Assembly: GCA_963678315.1 (NCBI GenBank)
Contig: OY782781.1
Coordinates: 768,001 to 832,000, forward strand
Source: Candidatus Cloacimonadales bacterium
GTDB taxonomy: Bacteria > Cloacimonadota > Cloacimonadia > Cloacimonadales > JAFGVF01
Direction: 5' to 3'
DNA length: 64,000 nt
Shown: positions 22,123 to 32,830 of the stretch, one piece after another
Numbering within the stretch: the stretch's first letter is position 1
Layout of the letters: every line of letters starts with the position of its first letter
Translations under genes and position numbers: made by a program
The notes under the pieces: generated by a model
What the model saw: only the letters and a program-made list of their open reading frames with translations
What the model was told of the DNA's origin: nothing
Databases searched by the model: none

Positions 22123-22482
22123 ATGAAAAAAAATTTAACAAAATGCCCTGTTTGTGAGGGCGACTTAGTAATTACCAAGTATGAATGTTCAAATTGTCAT
22201 ACGAAGATAGAGGGTGACTTCTATCAAACAGCATTTGCTGAACTTGATGATGAGCAGTTGGAGTTTATCAAGATATTCTTGGTTTCTCATGGATCAATTA
22301 AAGAAGTTGAAAAGCAGTTAGGGATTTCCTATCCAACAGTAAAGAATAGACTTTCTGGGATAGTTAAGGTTCTAACAGGAAAGTCATTAGAAGCTCCCAC
22401 AAGTATGAATGTGTTAAACATGCTTGAAGATGGTGAAGTTTCTGTCCAAGAAGCATTAAAGATGCTAGATAATAAAGAATAG
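22123..22482 (+). CDS. DUF2089 family Zn-ribbon/HTH protein
   Basis: CPVC..CSNC zinc ribbon; 'GSIKEVEKQLGISYPTVKNRL' HTH; SHOCT-like C-terminus. Confidence 0.88.
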   Translation: MKKNLTKCPVCEGDLVITKYECSNCHTKIEGDFYQTAFAELDDEQLEFIKIFLVSHGSIKEVEKQLGISYPTVKNRLSGIVKVLTGKSLEAPTSMNVLNMLEDGEVSVQEALKMLDNKE

Positions 22483-22490
22483 GAGAAATT

Positions 22491-23825
22491 ATGAACAAAA
22501 TGGAATTTACCTTTGATTACAGTGTTGATTTTGACACACTTTATGTAAAGACTGAAAAGTGTCCTCTTATGGTGGAAGGTCATGATAGTGAAAAGCTTGA
22601 GATAGTTGGTCATTTTGAAATGAAAGATGATGTTAATTATGCATTTACTGATGAAAACATCGTTTCAATTGATACAAGTGATAGACATATCAGTATTGAT
22701 TCTAGTGATATTGAAGAAGAGTTAGCTAACAGAGATATTGACTTCAAGCAATCATTGCTTTTAGTTAAATGTCCAGCAGGAAAAGAAGTTAGAATCGAAT
22801 CTGAACTTGGTAGAATCAAGGTCAAAGGACTTACTGGTAAGCTTGTTATTGATAGTGAAATAGGTGGCATTATAGTTAAGAAATCTTCAGCTTCCATGAA
22901 AATTGATAGTGAAGTTGGAAGTGTGCAAATCCTCGATACAATAGCAAAAGACGTTAAATGTAGAACAGAAGTTGGGGGAATTATTATCAAGAATATCAAA
23001 GCAGACAATCTTGATGTTAGCACCGAAGTTGGTATGATAGATATAGCAGAAGCAGAAGTATCCGAAGTAAACCTTGCTAGCGAAACAGGTAATATCGAAT
23101 ACAAACTACTTCCAACAATTAAGCATAACCATTCTAAAATAGATACTGAAATTGGTAAAGTTAAAATTGTTCTTCCTCAAGAATTAGCAATAGATTTAAC
23201 AGCTACTTCGGAAATGGGAACAGTATCTTCTTTCTTAAAAAATGTTGAAAATATCGATGTAGAAGATGGTGTTAAAGTTGTTACAACAGGCCTTGGTCAA
23301 GAAGAACCTACTTGTAGGATTGAAGTTGAAACTGAAATAGGCAATGTAACTCTTTTAAATGAAGATACTGATGTAAAAAGTGAATTTAAAAAGTCTTTCA
23401 AGGCTGATAAAATTACTAAAGAGATTGATAAGGCTATGCAAGAAGTTAATAAAGCTACTAAAATTCTGTCTTCACCTGGTTTTAGAAAAGTGATGGGATC
23501 TGCTTTTTCTAATCTTGGGGAAACTATCAAGAATGGAATTCAATCAGCCCTCCAAGAAACAGATGTCACTATTAAAGAATCTATGAAAGATATGAAAGAG
23601 AACTTCCATAAAGAATCAGAAGTAATTAGACAACAAGCTGAGGATATCAAGAAAGATAAAGAATCTATTAGGAAGATTGTTCGTAAAAAGAAATTCTTAG
23701 ATGATCCAGCACCTAGAGGAATGTCTGAGAAAGAACGAAGTCGTTTAAAGGTTCTTGAACTCCTTGAAGATGGCAAGATTAATCAAGAAGAAGCAGAACA
23801 GCTTCTAAAGGTAATTGGGAAATAG
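22491..23825 (+). CDS. DUF4097 beta-strand-repeat protein with C-terminal SHOCT-like domain
   Basis: Repeated (S/T)E(I/V/L/M)G units about every 19-20 aa; 'KVLELLEDGKINQEEAEQLL'. Confidence 0.75.
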   Translation: MNKMEFTFDYSVDFDTLYVKTEKCPLMVEGHDSEKLEIVGHFEMKDDVNYAFTDENIVSIDTSDRHISIDSSDIEEELANRDIDFKQSLLLVKCPAGKEVRIESELGRIKVKGLTGKLVIDSEIGGIIVKKSSASMKIDSEVGSVQILDTIAKDVKCRTEVGGIIIKNIKADNLDVSTEVGMIDIAEAEVSEVNLASETGNIEYKLLPTIKHNHSKIDTEIGKVKIVLPQELAIDLTATSEMGTVSSFLKNVENIDVEDGVKVVTTGLGQEEPTCRIEVETEIGNVTLLNEDTDVKSEFKKSFKADKITKEIDKAMQEVNKATKILSSPGFRKVMGSAFSNLGETIKNGIQSALQETDVTIKESMKDMKENFHKESEVIRQQAEDIKKDKESIRKIVRKKKFLDDPAPRGMSEKERSRLKVLELLEDGKINQEEAEQLLKVIGK

Positions 23826-23829
23826 GCTG

Positions 23830-24590
23830 GTCTCTAGGAGCAAGCCTGCGAAGTGGTTTTTTTTGGATTGTAAGCTCTGAATTAGTCGGAGCGCCAGCAT
23901 CTTGCTGGCTTCACTTAGAACATCGTTATAAGTGAATTAGAAAAGACGTTTGGCATAACGTCTCAAACACTTCTATGATCACCCAGGGTTAAAACCCTGG
24001 GCTCTTTGTTGATTAACCCTTACAGGGTATCAATGGATTTGGGATTGTAGCCATCAGTCTAGCCTGACACGGTCCTTGGCTACGAACAGAACTAATTTAT
24101 CTTGCGTAAGCATGAACTTTGTTCAACCTGCGGTGGATGCTTACACTCCAGTTCTAACGGGTTAATGTCCCTTTGGGACATATCTCTTTTTGAATATTGC
24201 AAGCATGCCTAGGTTTGCGAAAAGGTGTTATTGGATTGCTTTTTTGGATTGCAAGCACTTGCATTCTAATCATAATTTGAGTAGAATGCTGGTTAGAATA
24301 CCCCAAGGGGGTAAATTATCCAAAGCCCATGATTTCAATCATGGGGTCTAATAGAATTAAAAAAAGTGTAGTCCTGAAGGGACTTCTAAAACCAATATAA
24401 TAACAAATTAAGTACTTTCAGCACTAGTAACAAAATCAATACACGTTTACCTAGGTTTGAAAACCTAGGCTTTGGACAATTAATCCCTTCGGGATAACCT
24501 TAATTAAATATCACTATGGAAAGCATGAGCAAAGTTCAGCCCCAATGGGGGCAGATGCTTACACTCCAGCATCCTAGTTTGCGTAAAGAA
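23830..24590. repeat. Intergenic mosaic of REP-like palindromes, including a ~200-bp inverted MITE/REPIN-like unit
   Basis: Modules shared with 12.96-13.04 kb (inverted) and 21.08-21.19 kb; inverted three-hairpin ends at 24298-24496. Confidence 0.85.
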
Positions 24591-24668
24591 CAATTAATTT
24601 TCTAACAAGTATAAAAAAAAGCTATACAAAAAAATAAAATTGGTTATGCTAGCATTTGGGGTAAAATA

Positions 24669-27600
24669 ATGGCAAAATTATTTAGAAAAGAGTATTCGAT
24701 ACACGCAAATTCATGGTATTTTAGGGATAATGTTATAAAGACCAAAGAAGGTGATATACTTCATTGGAAGAGTCTTGATGAGAATGGTAATTATAACCTA
24801 ATATTCTTCGCTGTTAAGACATTGAAGAAGTATTTTCCAGGAGTGGTACGGATTAAGTATAGTAATGCTAAGGAAGAGGTTATATCTCATTATTGTTCAG
24901 AGGATTTCGATATCTCATGTAATCATTATTTAACAGTAATTGATTATGCTTATAAATATTTAAGCACTGATATATTTGATGAAGAAATTGTACAAGTATA
25001 TAATAGAAGTGATTTGAGGTACAATGATTTCTTTCAATCGCAATATCGAAACACATATATAACGATTGCTGATTTATTTAATGTTAATAATGATAAGGTT
25101 AGAATTTATTTTCATGGATATGAAGATTTTGACATAAAAGTAATATCAATTCTTCGTTCAGGAAAAGAACCTAAAAAAATTAGTAGTAAAGAAATCTCTA
25201 ATGCAGAAAGACAAATGTCTATTTTTAGTGAAGAGGAATTACTTTTTTTATCATTACTCAATGACTCTAAATGCTCTTTCTCTGCAAAGAACAATTTCTT
25301 TTCAATCTATAAGGATGATTTTTACAAACTTGTTCCTAATTTAAAAGTACTAAATGATAAAGTCTATATTAAAGAAACAGGTGATAAAATTGTTTGGAAG
25401 GAAGAAAAATTGCCAATTCATTTTAGGATATCAAAGGTTGAAGATAAGTATATCTTAAAAGGAATCCCTCAAAAAGAAGTTTCAGCTATTCTATATTATA
25501 ATACAATTTATGCTTTTGTGAGAAATGAAATATACTCTTTTAGATTGCCTTTCAATATAGATATTATAAAAGATATTTTCTCAGAAGGATTAGTTCTTAG
25601 TAGCAATGATCTAGTTTATTACCATGCAATTGTAGCTAAGCAGTTAGCACTTGCTGGTTATTATTTAGATATGGATGAAGAAATAGAACTCCCAAGCATA
25701 TACGATAAGCAACCTCAAATCTACTTTAAACTAACAAAAGCAGACGAAATCGTGGTGATGGATGGAAAACTTGTTTATGGAGATGGAGTATATTTACCTC
25801 TATCAATACTAAGATTACATGCAAATCTAGTATTACATGATAATGGACTAGGGGAAAAGGCTTGGTTTTATATACCTACAACAGTTTTTAATGAAGTTTT
25901 TGAGTTTTTGGACCAGTTGCCAAGTCCACAATATGCCCGTTTAGAGCAATACTCACAGCTAACTTTTGAATCTGCATTGAGCATTGATTTACTAAAAAAA
26001 GCTATATTTGAGCTTTCTAATGAGAACTGGAATATTGAATTATCAGAGAATCTAAAAAAAGATTTTATCTATAAAGTACATCTTCAAGCTGAAATAGAGA
26101 CCCAAAGTCGAGACGAGATAAACTGGTTTTCATATAATGTTGTCTATAAATACAAAGATTTCTCTTTTACCCATAAAGAGTTAAAGAAGTTTTTCCAATC
26201 AAAGCAAAAATTCTTAACTTTAGATGATGGAAGAATAGTGTTTTTTGAGAATAAAGAGGTTTTTAATCAAGTAGAAAGCCTATTTAGCCGTTCTGAAGAG
26301 ACTAAAGATAAAGTCTATAAAATGAGTGCTCAAAGTATTCCATATTTCTTTAAGATGATACAAGACAATCCAGCAATTAAGCTGTATGGCGATAAGTATG
26401 TAGATAATATGTCACAAGATTTGATTTCTGGAAAATTAAAAGATGCACCTCCAGTTCCTAGATTTTTAAATCCAGTAATGAGAAGCTATCAAAAGTCTGG
26501 TTACCAATGGATGAAGATGTTAGAGCACTATCAGTTGAGCGGGATTCTAGCAGATGAAATGGGCTTAGGTAAAACTATTCAGGCAATATCGGTTTTATCA
26601 GATGTTCCAGCAGGTCATAAATGTCTTATTATTTGTCCTAAAACCCTAATATATAATTGGGCTGAAGAATTCAAAAAATTCAAGCTAGATAAATCTTTTA
26701 TTATTTATGAGGGGAACAAACCTGAAAGAATGAATATTCTTAATAAAGTTAACTTTGAAATTTTAATAGCTTCATATTCAATAATTCAAAACGATATTAA
26801 AGAACTTGCAGATTATGAATTTGATTATGTAATTCTGGATGAAGCTCAACATATAAAAAATGTTTCTGCTTTAAGAACTAAAGCAATAAAAAAACTTAAT
26901 TCAAAACATAGAATAGCTCTTACTGGTACCCCACTAGAAAATGATATATCAGAGATATGGTCAATTTTCGACTTTCTCTTACCAAACTACTTAATGACTA
27001 GGCAAAGGTTTATTAGGACTTTTGGTGGTACTGAAAATAAGGATAGAAGATTAGAACTTAATAAAATGATATCTCCTTTTATTCTAAGAAGAAAGAAAAT
27101 TGACGTGCTGATTGAACTTCCTAATAAACAAGAACAGATTGCTTTTTGTAAGATGTCTCCAATCCAAGAAAAAGTTTATATGCAGCTGATTGATGATGTA
27201 AGAAAGTCTTACTTTAATCCTCAAGAGCAAGAAAAGATAAATTACATTAATATTCTTACAGCCTTGATGAGATTAAGACAAATATGTGACCACCCTCATT
27301 TAGTGGAAGCTGATTTGAAAGATGATATTGAGCTTTCTGGCAAAGTTGCTCTTCTACAAGAACTGATTCTTGATGCTATTGATTCTGGAAGAAAGATTCT
27401 GGTTTTTAGTCAGTTTATCGGAATGCTAAAGATTGCTTCAAAAATGCTTAAAGACCATAAAATTCCTTTTGAATATCTCGATGGTAAGACTAAAAATAGA
27501 CAGCAACATATTGATAATTTCAACAATAATACGAATATAAAAGTCTTCTTGATTAGTTTAAAAACAGGTGGTTATGGATTAAATCTTACCGCTGCTGATA

Positions 27601-27851
27601 CAGTAATATTAACTGATCCTTGGTGGAATCCAATGATTGAAAATCAAGCTATTGATAGAGCTCATAGGATAGGTCAAACTAAGAAAGTACAGGTTTATAA
27701 GCTTATCTCGAAAGGAACGGTTGAAGAGAAAATTCTTTCACTCCAAAATAGTAAGAAGGAGCTGTTTGAACAGATTATTGAAAATAACGACAATATCTTG
27801 AAATCAATGTCTGTAGACCAAATTAAAGAACTTTTCCACTATGAGAAGTAG
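24669..27851 (+). CDS. SNF2 family DEAD/DEAH-like helicase
   Basis: 'LADEMGLGKT', 'DEAQHIKN', 'LTGTPLEN', 'GLNLTAAD', 'QAIDRAHRIGQ'. Confidence 0.93.
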   Translation: MAKLFRKEYSIHANSWYFRDNVIKTKEGDILHWKSLDENGNYNLIFFAVKTLKKYFPGVVRIKYSNAKEEVISHYCSEDFDISCNHYLTVIDYAYKYLSTDIFDEEIVQVYNRSDLRYNDFFQSQYRNTYITIADLFNVNNDKVRIYFHGYEDFDIKVISILRSGKEPKKISSKEISNAERQMSIFSEEELLFLSLLNDSKCSFSAKNNFFSIYKDDFYKLVPNLKVLNDKVYIKETGDKIVWKEEKLPIHFRISKVEDKYILKGIPQKEVSAILYYNTIYAFVRNEIYSFRLPFNIDIIKDIFSEGLVLSSNDLVYYHAIVAKQLALAGYYLDMDEEIELPSIYDKQPQIYFKLTKADEIVVMDGKLVYGDGVYLPLSILRLHANLVLHDNGLGEKAWFYIPTTVFNEVFEFLDQLPSPQYARLEQYSQLTFESALSIDLLKKAIFELSNENWNIELSENLKKDFIYKVHLQAEIETQSRDEINWFSYNVVYKYKDFSFTHKELKKFFQSKQKFLTLDDGRIVFFENKEVFNQVESLFSRSEETKDKVYKMSAQSIPYFFKMIQDNPAIKLYGDKYVDNMSQDLISGKLKDAPPVPRFLNPVMRSYQKSGYQWMKMLEHYQLSGILADEMGLGKTIQAISVLSDVPAGHKCLIICPKTLIYNWAEEFKKFKLDKSFIIYEGNKPERMNILNKVNFEILIASYSIIQNDIKELADYEFDYVILDEAQHIKNVSALRTKAIKKLNSKHRIALTGTPLENDISEIWSIFDFLLPNYLMTRQRFIRTFGGTENKDRRLELNKMISPFILRRKKIDVLIELPNKQEQIAFCKMSPIQEKVYMQLIDDVRKSYFNPQEQEKINYINILTALMRLRQICDHPHLVEADLKDDIELSGKVALLQELILDAIDSGRKILVFSQFIGMLKIASKMLKDHKIPFEYLDGKTKNRQQHIDNFNNNTNIKVFLISLKTGGYGLNLTAADTVILTDPWWNPMIENQAIDRAHRIGQTKKVQVYKLISKGTVEEKILSLQNSKKELFEQIIENNDNILKSMSVDQIKELFHYEK

Positions 27852-27856
27852 GAAAA

Positions 27857-27879
27857 GGAACGCAACCCTCCGTGGTTGC
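27857..27879 (+). repeat. REP upstream of RAYT
   Basis: GGAAC-GCAACC-CTCCGT-GGTTGC, exact inverse of the two downstream copies. Confidence 0.88.
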
Positions 27880-27931
27880 ATTAAACAGAGATCATTGTCT
27901 GTTATACTAAACAAATAGCATAGAGAGTCTA

Positions 27932-28486
27932 ATGGATAAAATACTTGGGTGGCACTATCGTGGATTTCTTCCACATTGTGATGACGACACAAAAATACAG
28001 TTTGTAACTTTCAGGTTATATGATTCAGTCCCATTAGACGTAATAGAGATGTGGAAGACAGAATTAGAAATAACAGAAGAATCAGAAAAATCTTCAGCAG
28101 AGTTTCTCAAGTTACAAGCAAAAATATTTCAATATGAAGATGCAGGTCATGGAGAATGCTTATTAGTTCAAAAGCAAGTTTACGATATTGTTGAATCAAC
28201 TCTTTTATTTTATAACAACTCTAAGTACCAGATTTTAGAATATGCAATTATGCCCAATCATGTACATGTTTTAATTAAAATTAATGCAGGTTATAGTTTA
28301 TCCAAGATTATGCATAGTTGGAAGTCATATACAACTAATAGGATACAAAAATTGTTAAATAGGAAAGGCAAGATTTGGATGTACGATTATTTTGATAGGT
28401 ATATACGTAATGATGAGCATTTAGAGAAGGTAATTAAGTATATTCAAGAGAATCTTAGTTATATAAAGAAAGAGAGTCCTAAATAA
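27932..28486 (+). CDS. REP-associated tyrosine transposase (RAYT / TnpA-REP, Y1 HUH family)
   Basis: 'RGFLPH', 'FVTFRL', HUH 'MPNHVH', 'WKSYT', 'W..DYFDRYIRN', catalytic 'YI..N'; flanked by inverted REPs. Confidence 0.9.
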   Translation: MDKILGWHYRGFLPHCDDDTKIQFVTFRLYDSVPLDVIEMWKTELEITEESEKSSAEFLKLQAKIFQYEDAGHGECLLVQKQVYDIVESTLLFYNNSKYQILEYAIMPNHVHVLIKINAGYSLSKIMHSWKSYTTNRIQKLLNRKGKIWMYDYFDRYIRNDEHLEKVIKYIQENLSYIKKESPK

Positions 28487-28503
28487 ATTAAGACTCTCTA
28501 AAA

Positions 28504-28563
28504 ATCTAGCAACCACGGAGGGTTGCGTTCCCTATCTAGCAACCACGGAGGGTTGCGTTCCCT
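28504..28563 (-). repeat. Two tandem REPs downstream of RAYT (30-bp direct repeat x2)
   Basis: ATCTAGCAACCACGGAGGGTTGCGTTCCCT repeated exactly twice. Confidence 0.9.
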
Positions 28564-29821
28564 ATTTAATTTCTCCGGCTTTTTTAAGGGCAATTTTTGT
28601 TAGAATTGGTCCAATTAATTCAAAGAAAATGCAGGTTGCTGTAACAGTTGTTATAATTACAGAGCCGATATAATCTCCATTCTTTACTAGTTCACCATTA
28701 ACTAAGATTTCTTTGCCTAAGCCGGTAAATCTAGATTTAACAATTAAGGCTAGACCTATAGCAACACCAGCCTGAGATAGAATACCCATTCCTAAGTATT
28801 TTCTGATTTTAGGTTCAGCTTTTCCAAGGGTACCTCCAATAAAAGCTCCTGACATAAGTCCAACAGTTCTTCCTAAAATATAAACCACACCTATAATTCC
28901 AAGAGCTGGAAGTGAAGAAACATGTAGGTTTGCACCCGCTAGGGTGAAGAAGAGGATGAATAGAAGAGGCATAATAAGAGGAAGAGGTTCTTGTAGTTTT
29001 CTAATAAAGGATTGGCTTTGGGTATTGATTAAGACCATTCCAAAAACCATGTTAGTTAGAATTAATGACAGATTTAACCAAGAGCATAGTCCTAGTGATA
29101 CAAAGATAAAACCAAAAGCCAGGATTGTAATATCTGAAACATTATTAATCTTCTTACTCATAGCAGAGAAGAATAGACTAAGTGCAGATCCAAGAACAAT
29201 ACTAAGAACTATTTCTTGAAGTGGTTCTAATAAAAGGGTTAAAGTGCTCACTTCAGCTCCCCCTGACTGAGTAACCAATATTGAATTGGCAATGGCTGCA
29301 GCAAAACCAAAAATAATGATTCCTAGACCATCATCAAAGCCAACAACAGCATATAATGCTTTAGTTAGGTTTCCTTTAGCCTTATATTCTTGGATAATAG
29401 CTACTGTACCTGCTGGGGCAGATGCTGGAGCTATTGAAGCAAAGATAAGAGCTAAAGGTATATTTTTAGTTAATAAGTAGATTCCAGTGAATACAATTAT
29501 GAAAGCCCCGAAAGATTCACAGAATATAATATAGATAATACTTCGACCAAAATGTTTTAAAGTAGAGATTTTCAATTCAAGTCCAATACTAAGTGCAACA
29601 AAGCCCAGAGCAATCTCAGTTATAAAAGATAATTCATTTTGAATAGCTTCTGAATGGATGTTTAGAAATGATGGTCCTAAAATAACTCCTAGAGTCATGA
29701 ATCCAATGATGGAAGGTAATTTTAAATATTTAATATACCTTCCGAATATAAATCCGATGATAATAGTAAAACCTAACAATAATAAGATAGGTGTGTTTTG
29801 AATAAAGTTTGAAATATCCAT
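28562..29821 (-). CDS. Cation:proton antiporter (CPA family)
   Basis: Many TM helices; 'ASAPAGT', 'VGFDD', 'SQAGVAIGL'. Confidence 0.88.
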   Translation of the reverse strand: MDISNFIQNTPILLLLGFTIIIGFIFGRYIKYLKLPSIIGFMTLGVILGPSFLNIHSEAIQNELSFITEIALGFVALSIGLELKISTLKHFGRSIIYIIFCESFGAFIIVFTGIYLLTKNIPLALIFASIAPASAPAGTVAIIQEYKAKGNLTKALYAVVGFDDGLGIIIFGFAAAIANSILVTQSGGAEVSTLTLLLEPLQEIVLSIVLGSALSLFFSAMSKKINNVSDITILAFGFIFVSLGLCSWLNLSLILTNMVFGMVLINTQSQSFIRKLQEPLPLIMPLLFILFFTLAGANLHVSSLPALGIIGVVYILGRTVGLMSGAFIGGTLGKAEPKIRKYLGMGILSQAGVAIGLALIVKSRFTGLGKEILVNGELVKNGDYIGSVIITTVTATCIFFELIGPILTKIALKKAGEIK

Positions 29822-29830
29822 GCTTACCTC

Positions 29831-30643
29831 TTAAACGTCTAGAGAACCAGAATGGTACATCAACTCCTGAACTGTTAAGAGAATTCCCGTCTTGTCATCA
29901 AGACTATTTATAATCTCATTAAACAATGAGACGGCTTCATTGTAAGATGATTTTTTTACTATACCAGTGATTATTCTACAGAATGTGTTCTTGTTACTTG
30001 TCCAAAAACTTGAGAAAAGAGGTAGAGCGTAGAGGTATTCACTAGCGTTTTTAGCTTCTATAACAGTAGCAGTACAATCTTCTATTTCAGCAAAAACATC
30101 AAGAACATCATTAAACTTATCTTCATCTTGAACAACTAAGGTGAAAAGAAGAGAGTCTTTGTTTGGAGAATAGTTATTTTGAATGTTTGTGTGGCGAATA
30201 AAACTATCTTTTAAATCAGTAGCACTTTTAGCACTGAGTATTTTATTTAAAGTTTCAGGTTGCCTAAGGAATTTGGTAATGTTACTTAATATAAGTAAAT
30301 GTTCTTTCTGTTTATCCTCTGGGGCTACAATGAAAACGAAAACTTTTGCTGGTTGACCATCAAAAGAATCAAAATCAACACCATTAGGTACAGTAACAAT
30401 TCCTACGATAAAATCTGTTACTCCTTTTAATCTACAGTGGGGAACAGCAAAGTTCTTGCCAAAACCAGTCGAACCTAATTCTTCTCTAGCAAGCAAGGCT
30501 TGGTAAACTTTCTTCTCTTTTAGAGATTTTGAGTTAATATTCTCCATTGCTAAAGAAGCTATTAACTTCAATATCTCATCTTTGGAAGAAACTTGGGCGT
30601 CTAATTGAATAGAATTCTGAGAAATAATGTCTGATAATTTCAT
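29831..30643 (-). CDS. PTS EIIA (PtsN-like) domain fused to a C-terminal PII-like domain
   Basis: 'REELGSTGFGKNFAVPHCR' phospho-His motif, 'FDSFDGQP'; extra ~105-aa alpha/beta C-terminal domain. Confidence 0.78.
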   Translation of the reverse strand: MKLSDIISQNSIQLDAQVSSKDEILKLIASLAMENINSKSLKEKKVYQALLAREELGSTGFGKNFAVPHCRLKGVTDFIVGIVTVPNGVDFDSFDGQPAKVFVFIVAPEDKQKEHLLILSNITKFLRQPETLNKILSAKSATDLKDSFIRHTNIQNNYSPNKDSLLFTLVVQDEDKFNDVLDVFAEIEDCTATVIEAKNASEYLYALPLFSSFWTSNKNTFCRIITGIVKKSSYNEAVSLFNEIINSLDDKTGILLTVQELMYHSGSLDV

Positions 30644-31062
30644 ATAAACCTCGAATATTTATTATTGTTTTTATAAAAGTAATATTATTTTGAGGATAAA
30701 AATTGTAAAGAAATAGCTTGAAAAATAAAAAAAAGAATAAATATTTAGAAAAAATCAAAAAAAAATTAATCTATAATTTACTTATTCTTTATTTATTATA
30801 TATCAATAATTTATATCTCTAAAAAGCATTTTTATTAAAGAGCTTAGAAAGCCTGTAGTAATAAGTCTTTTTAGCCAATCTATGAGTGAAATAAATATAA
30901 TGCAACTTATTGTTAAATAAGAAATTTATTAAAAAATATTTGACAGCTGAACAGTTAAAATAATCCTTGTTTAAGAATTTGGTACGATATTTGAAAAATG
31001 CAAAAGTGTGAAAAAAAGTCTTGACACAAAAAGTGGCTTTGATTTTATAGCAATACATTCAC

Positions 31063-31137
31063 GCCAACGTGGCTCAATGGTAGAGCAGCTGATTTGTAAT
31101 CAGCAGGTTGGGGGTTCGATTCCCTTCGTTGGCTCCA
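31063..31137 (+). tRNA. tRNA-Thr(UGU)
   Basis: Cloverleaf, anticodon TGT, encoded CCA. Confidence 0.96.
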
Positions 31138-31144
31138 TTTTAGT

Positions 31145-31229
31145 GGAGAGGTTCCCGAGTGGTCAAAGGGAACAGACTGTAAATCTGTCGGCGAAGCCTT
31201 CGGAGGTTCAAATCCTCCTCTCTCCACCA
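31145..31229 (+). tRNA. tRNA-Tyr(GUA)
   Basis: Cloverleaf with long variable arm, anticodon GTA, CCA. Confidence 0.96.
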
Positions 31230-31281
31230 TTTTTTTTAAAAATGATGAATGATGAATTTAAGATAAATTGAGCGAGCTGTT

Positions 31282-31358
31282 GCGGGAGTAGCTCAGTTGG
31301 CTAGAGCATCAGCCTTCCAAGCTGAGGGTCGCGGGTTCGAATCCCGTTTCCCGCTCCA
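31282..31358 (+). tRNA. tRNA-Gly(UCC)
   Basis: Cloverleaf, anticodon TCC, CCA. Confidence 0.96.
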
Positions 31359-31368
31359 TTCAATGCAG

Positions 31369-31444
<76 letters not shown>

Positions 31445-31625
31445 CGCATTCAAATACTACTAAATTTTAAAATCCCCCTCTTAAGATATTAAGACTGGGA
31501 AGACTTTAAAATTATAGTTGAAAATAAGGGAAGACCGCAGAAGTGCGGTATATTTGCGTTATATGCAAGTATCCCTGTTGCCAAAATATAAAATAAAAAA
31601 AAGATAACTAAATCCGGGAGGAAAC

Positions 31626-32810
31626 ATGGCAAAGGAAAAATTTGTACGTACTAAACCTCACGTTAATGTTGGTACTATCGGTCACGTTGACCACGGTAAA
31701 ACAACTTTAACTGCTGCGTTGACATTATATTTAAGTAAGAAAAACGGTGCTGAATTCAGATCATTTGATTCAATTGATAACGCACCTGAAGAAAAAGAAC
31801 GTGGTATCACTATTGCTACTGCTCACGTTGAATACGAATCAGAAATTCGTCACTATGCTCACGTTGACTGTCCTGGTCACGCTGACTACGTTAAAAACAT
31901 GATTACTGGTGCTGCTCAAATGGACGGTGCTATTCTTGTTGTTAGTGCTGCAGACGGTCCAATGCCACAAACAAGAGAACACATCCTTCTTGCAAAGCAA
32001 GTTGGTGTTCCTGCAATGGTTGTTTTCATGAACAAGTGTGATCTTGTTGATGATGAAGAACTCCTTGAATTAGTGGAAATGGAAGTTAGAGAAATGCTTG
32101 ACCAATATGGTTTCCCTGGCGATGATATACCATTTATCAAAGGTTCAGCTCTTAAAGGTCTTAATGGCGATCCTGAAGGTGAAGCTTCTATGCAAGAGCT
32201 TATTGATCAAGTTGATGCATATATTCCAGAACCAGACAGAGATAAGGATAAACCTTTCTTAATGCCTGTTGAAGACGTTTTCTCAATTCCTGGTCGTGGA
32301 ACAGTTGCAACTGGTAGAGTTGAACGTGGTATCATTAGAACTGGTGATAAAATTGCTAGAATCGGTATCAGAGAAACTGTTGAAACAACATGTACTGGTG
32401 TTGAAATGTTCAGAAAAATCATGGATGAAGCTGAAGCTGGTGATAACATTGGTTGCTTACTTCGTGGTTTTGCTAAAACTGACGTTGAACGTGGTATGGT
32501 TCTTGCTAAACCAAAATCAGTTTTACCTCACACAAAATTCTCAGGTGAAACTTATATCTTAACAAAAGATGAAGGTGGACGTCACAAACCATTCTTCGCA
32601 GGTTACAGACCTCAGTTCTATTTCAGAACAACTGACGTTACTGGTTCATTATCATTACCTGAAGGCGTTGAAATGGTTATGCCTGGTGATAATATCACTA
32701 TCTCAGCAGAACTTATCACTCCAATTGCTATGGAACAAGGTTTACGTTTCGCTATCCGTGAAGGTGGAAGAACAATCGGTGCTGGTGTTGTATCATCAGT
32801 TGAAGAGTAA
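31626..32810 (+). CDS. tuf: Elongation factor Tu
   Basis: 'GHVDHGKTT', '[15 protein letters not shown]', 'NKCD'. Confidence 0.99.
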   Translation: MAKEKFVRTKPHVNVGTIGHVDHGKTTLTAALTLYLSKKNGAEFRSFDSIDNAPEEKERGITIATAHVEYESEIRHYAHVDCPGHADYVKNMITGAAQMDGAILVVSAADGPMPQTREHILLAKQVGVPAMVVFMNKCDLVDDEELLELVEMEVREMLDQYGFPGDDIPFIKGSALKGLNGDPEGEASMQELIDQVDAYIPEPDRDKDKPFLMPVEDVFSIPGRGTVATGRVERGIIRTGDKIARIGIRETVETTCTGVEMFRKIMDEAEAGDNIGCLLRGFAKTDVERGMVLAKPKSVLPHTKFSGETYILTKDEGGRHKPFFAGYRPQFYFRTTDVTGSLSLPEGVEMVMPGDNITISAELITPIAMEQGLRFAIREGGRTIGAGVVSSVEE

Positions 32811-32830
32811 ACTCCTAAGAAGGTAAAAAA

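Noticed and set aside
31008..31271. ORFs 31008-31271 (+), 31045-31230 (-) and 30819-31058 (-)
   Set aside because: They overlap tRNA genes and their promoter region; spurious.
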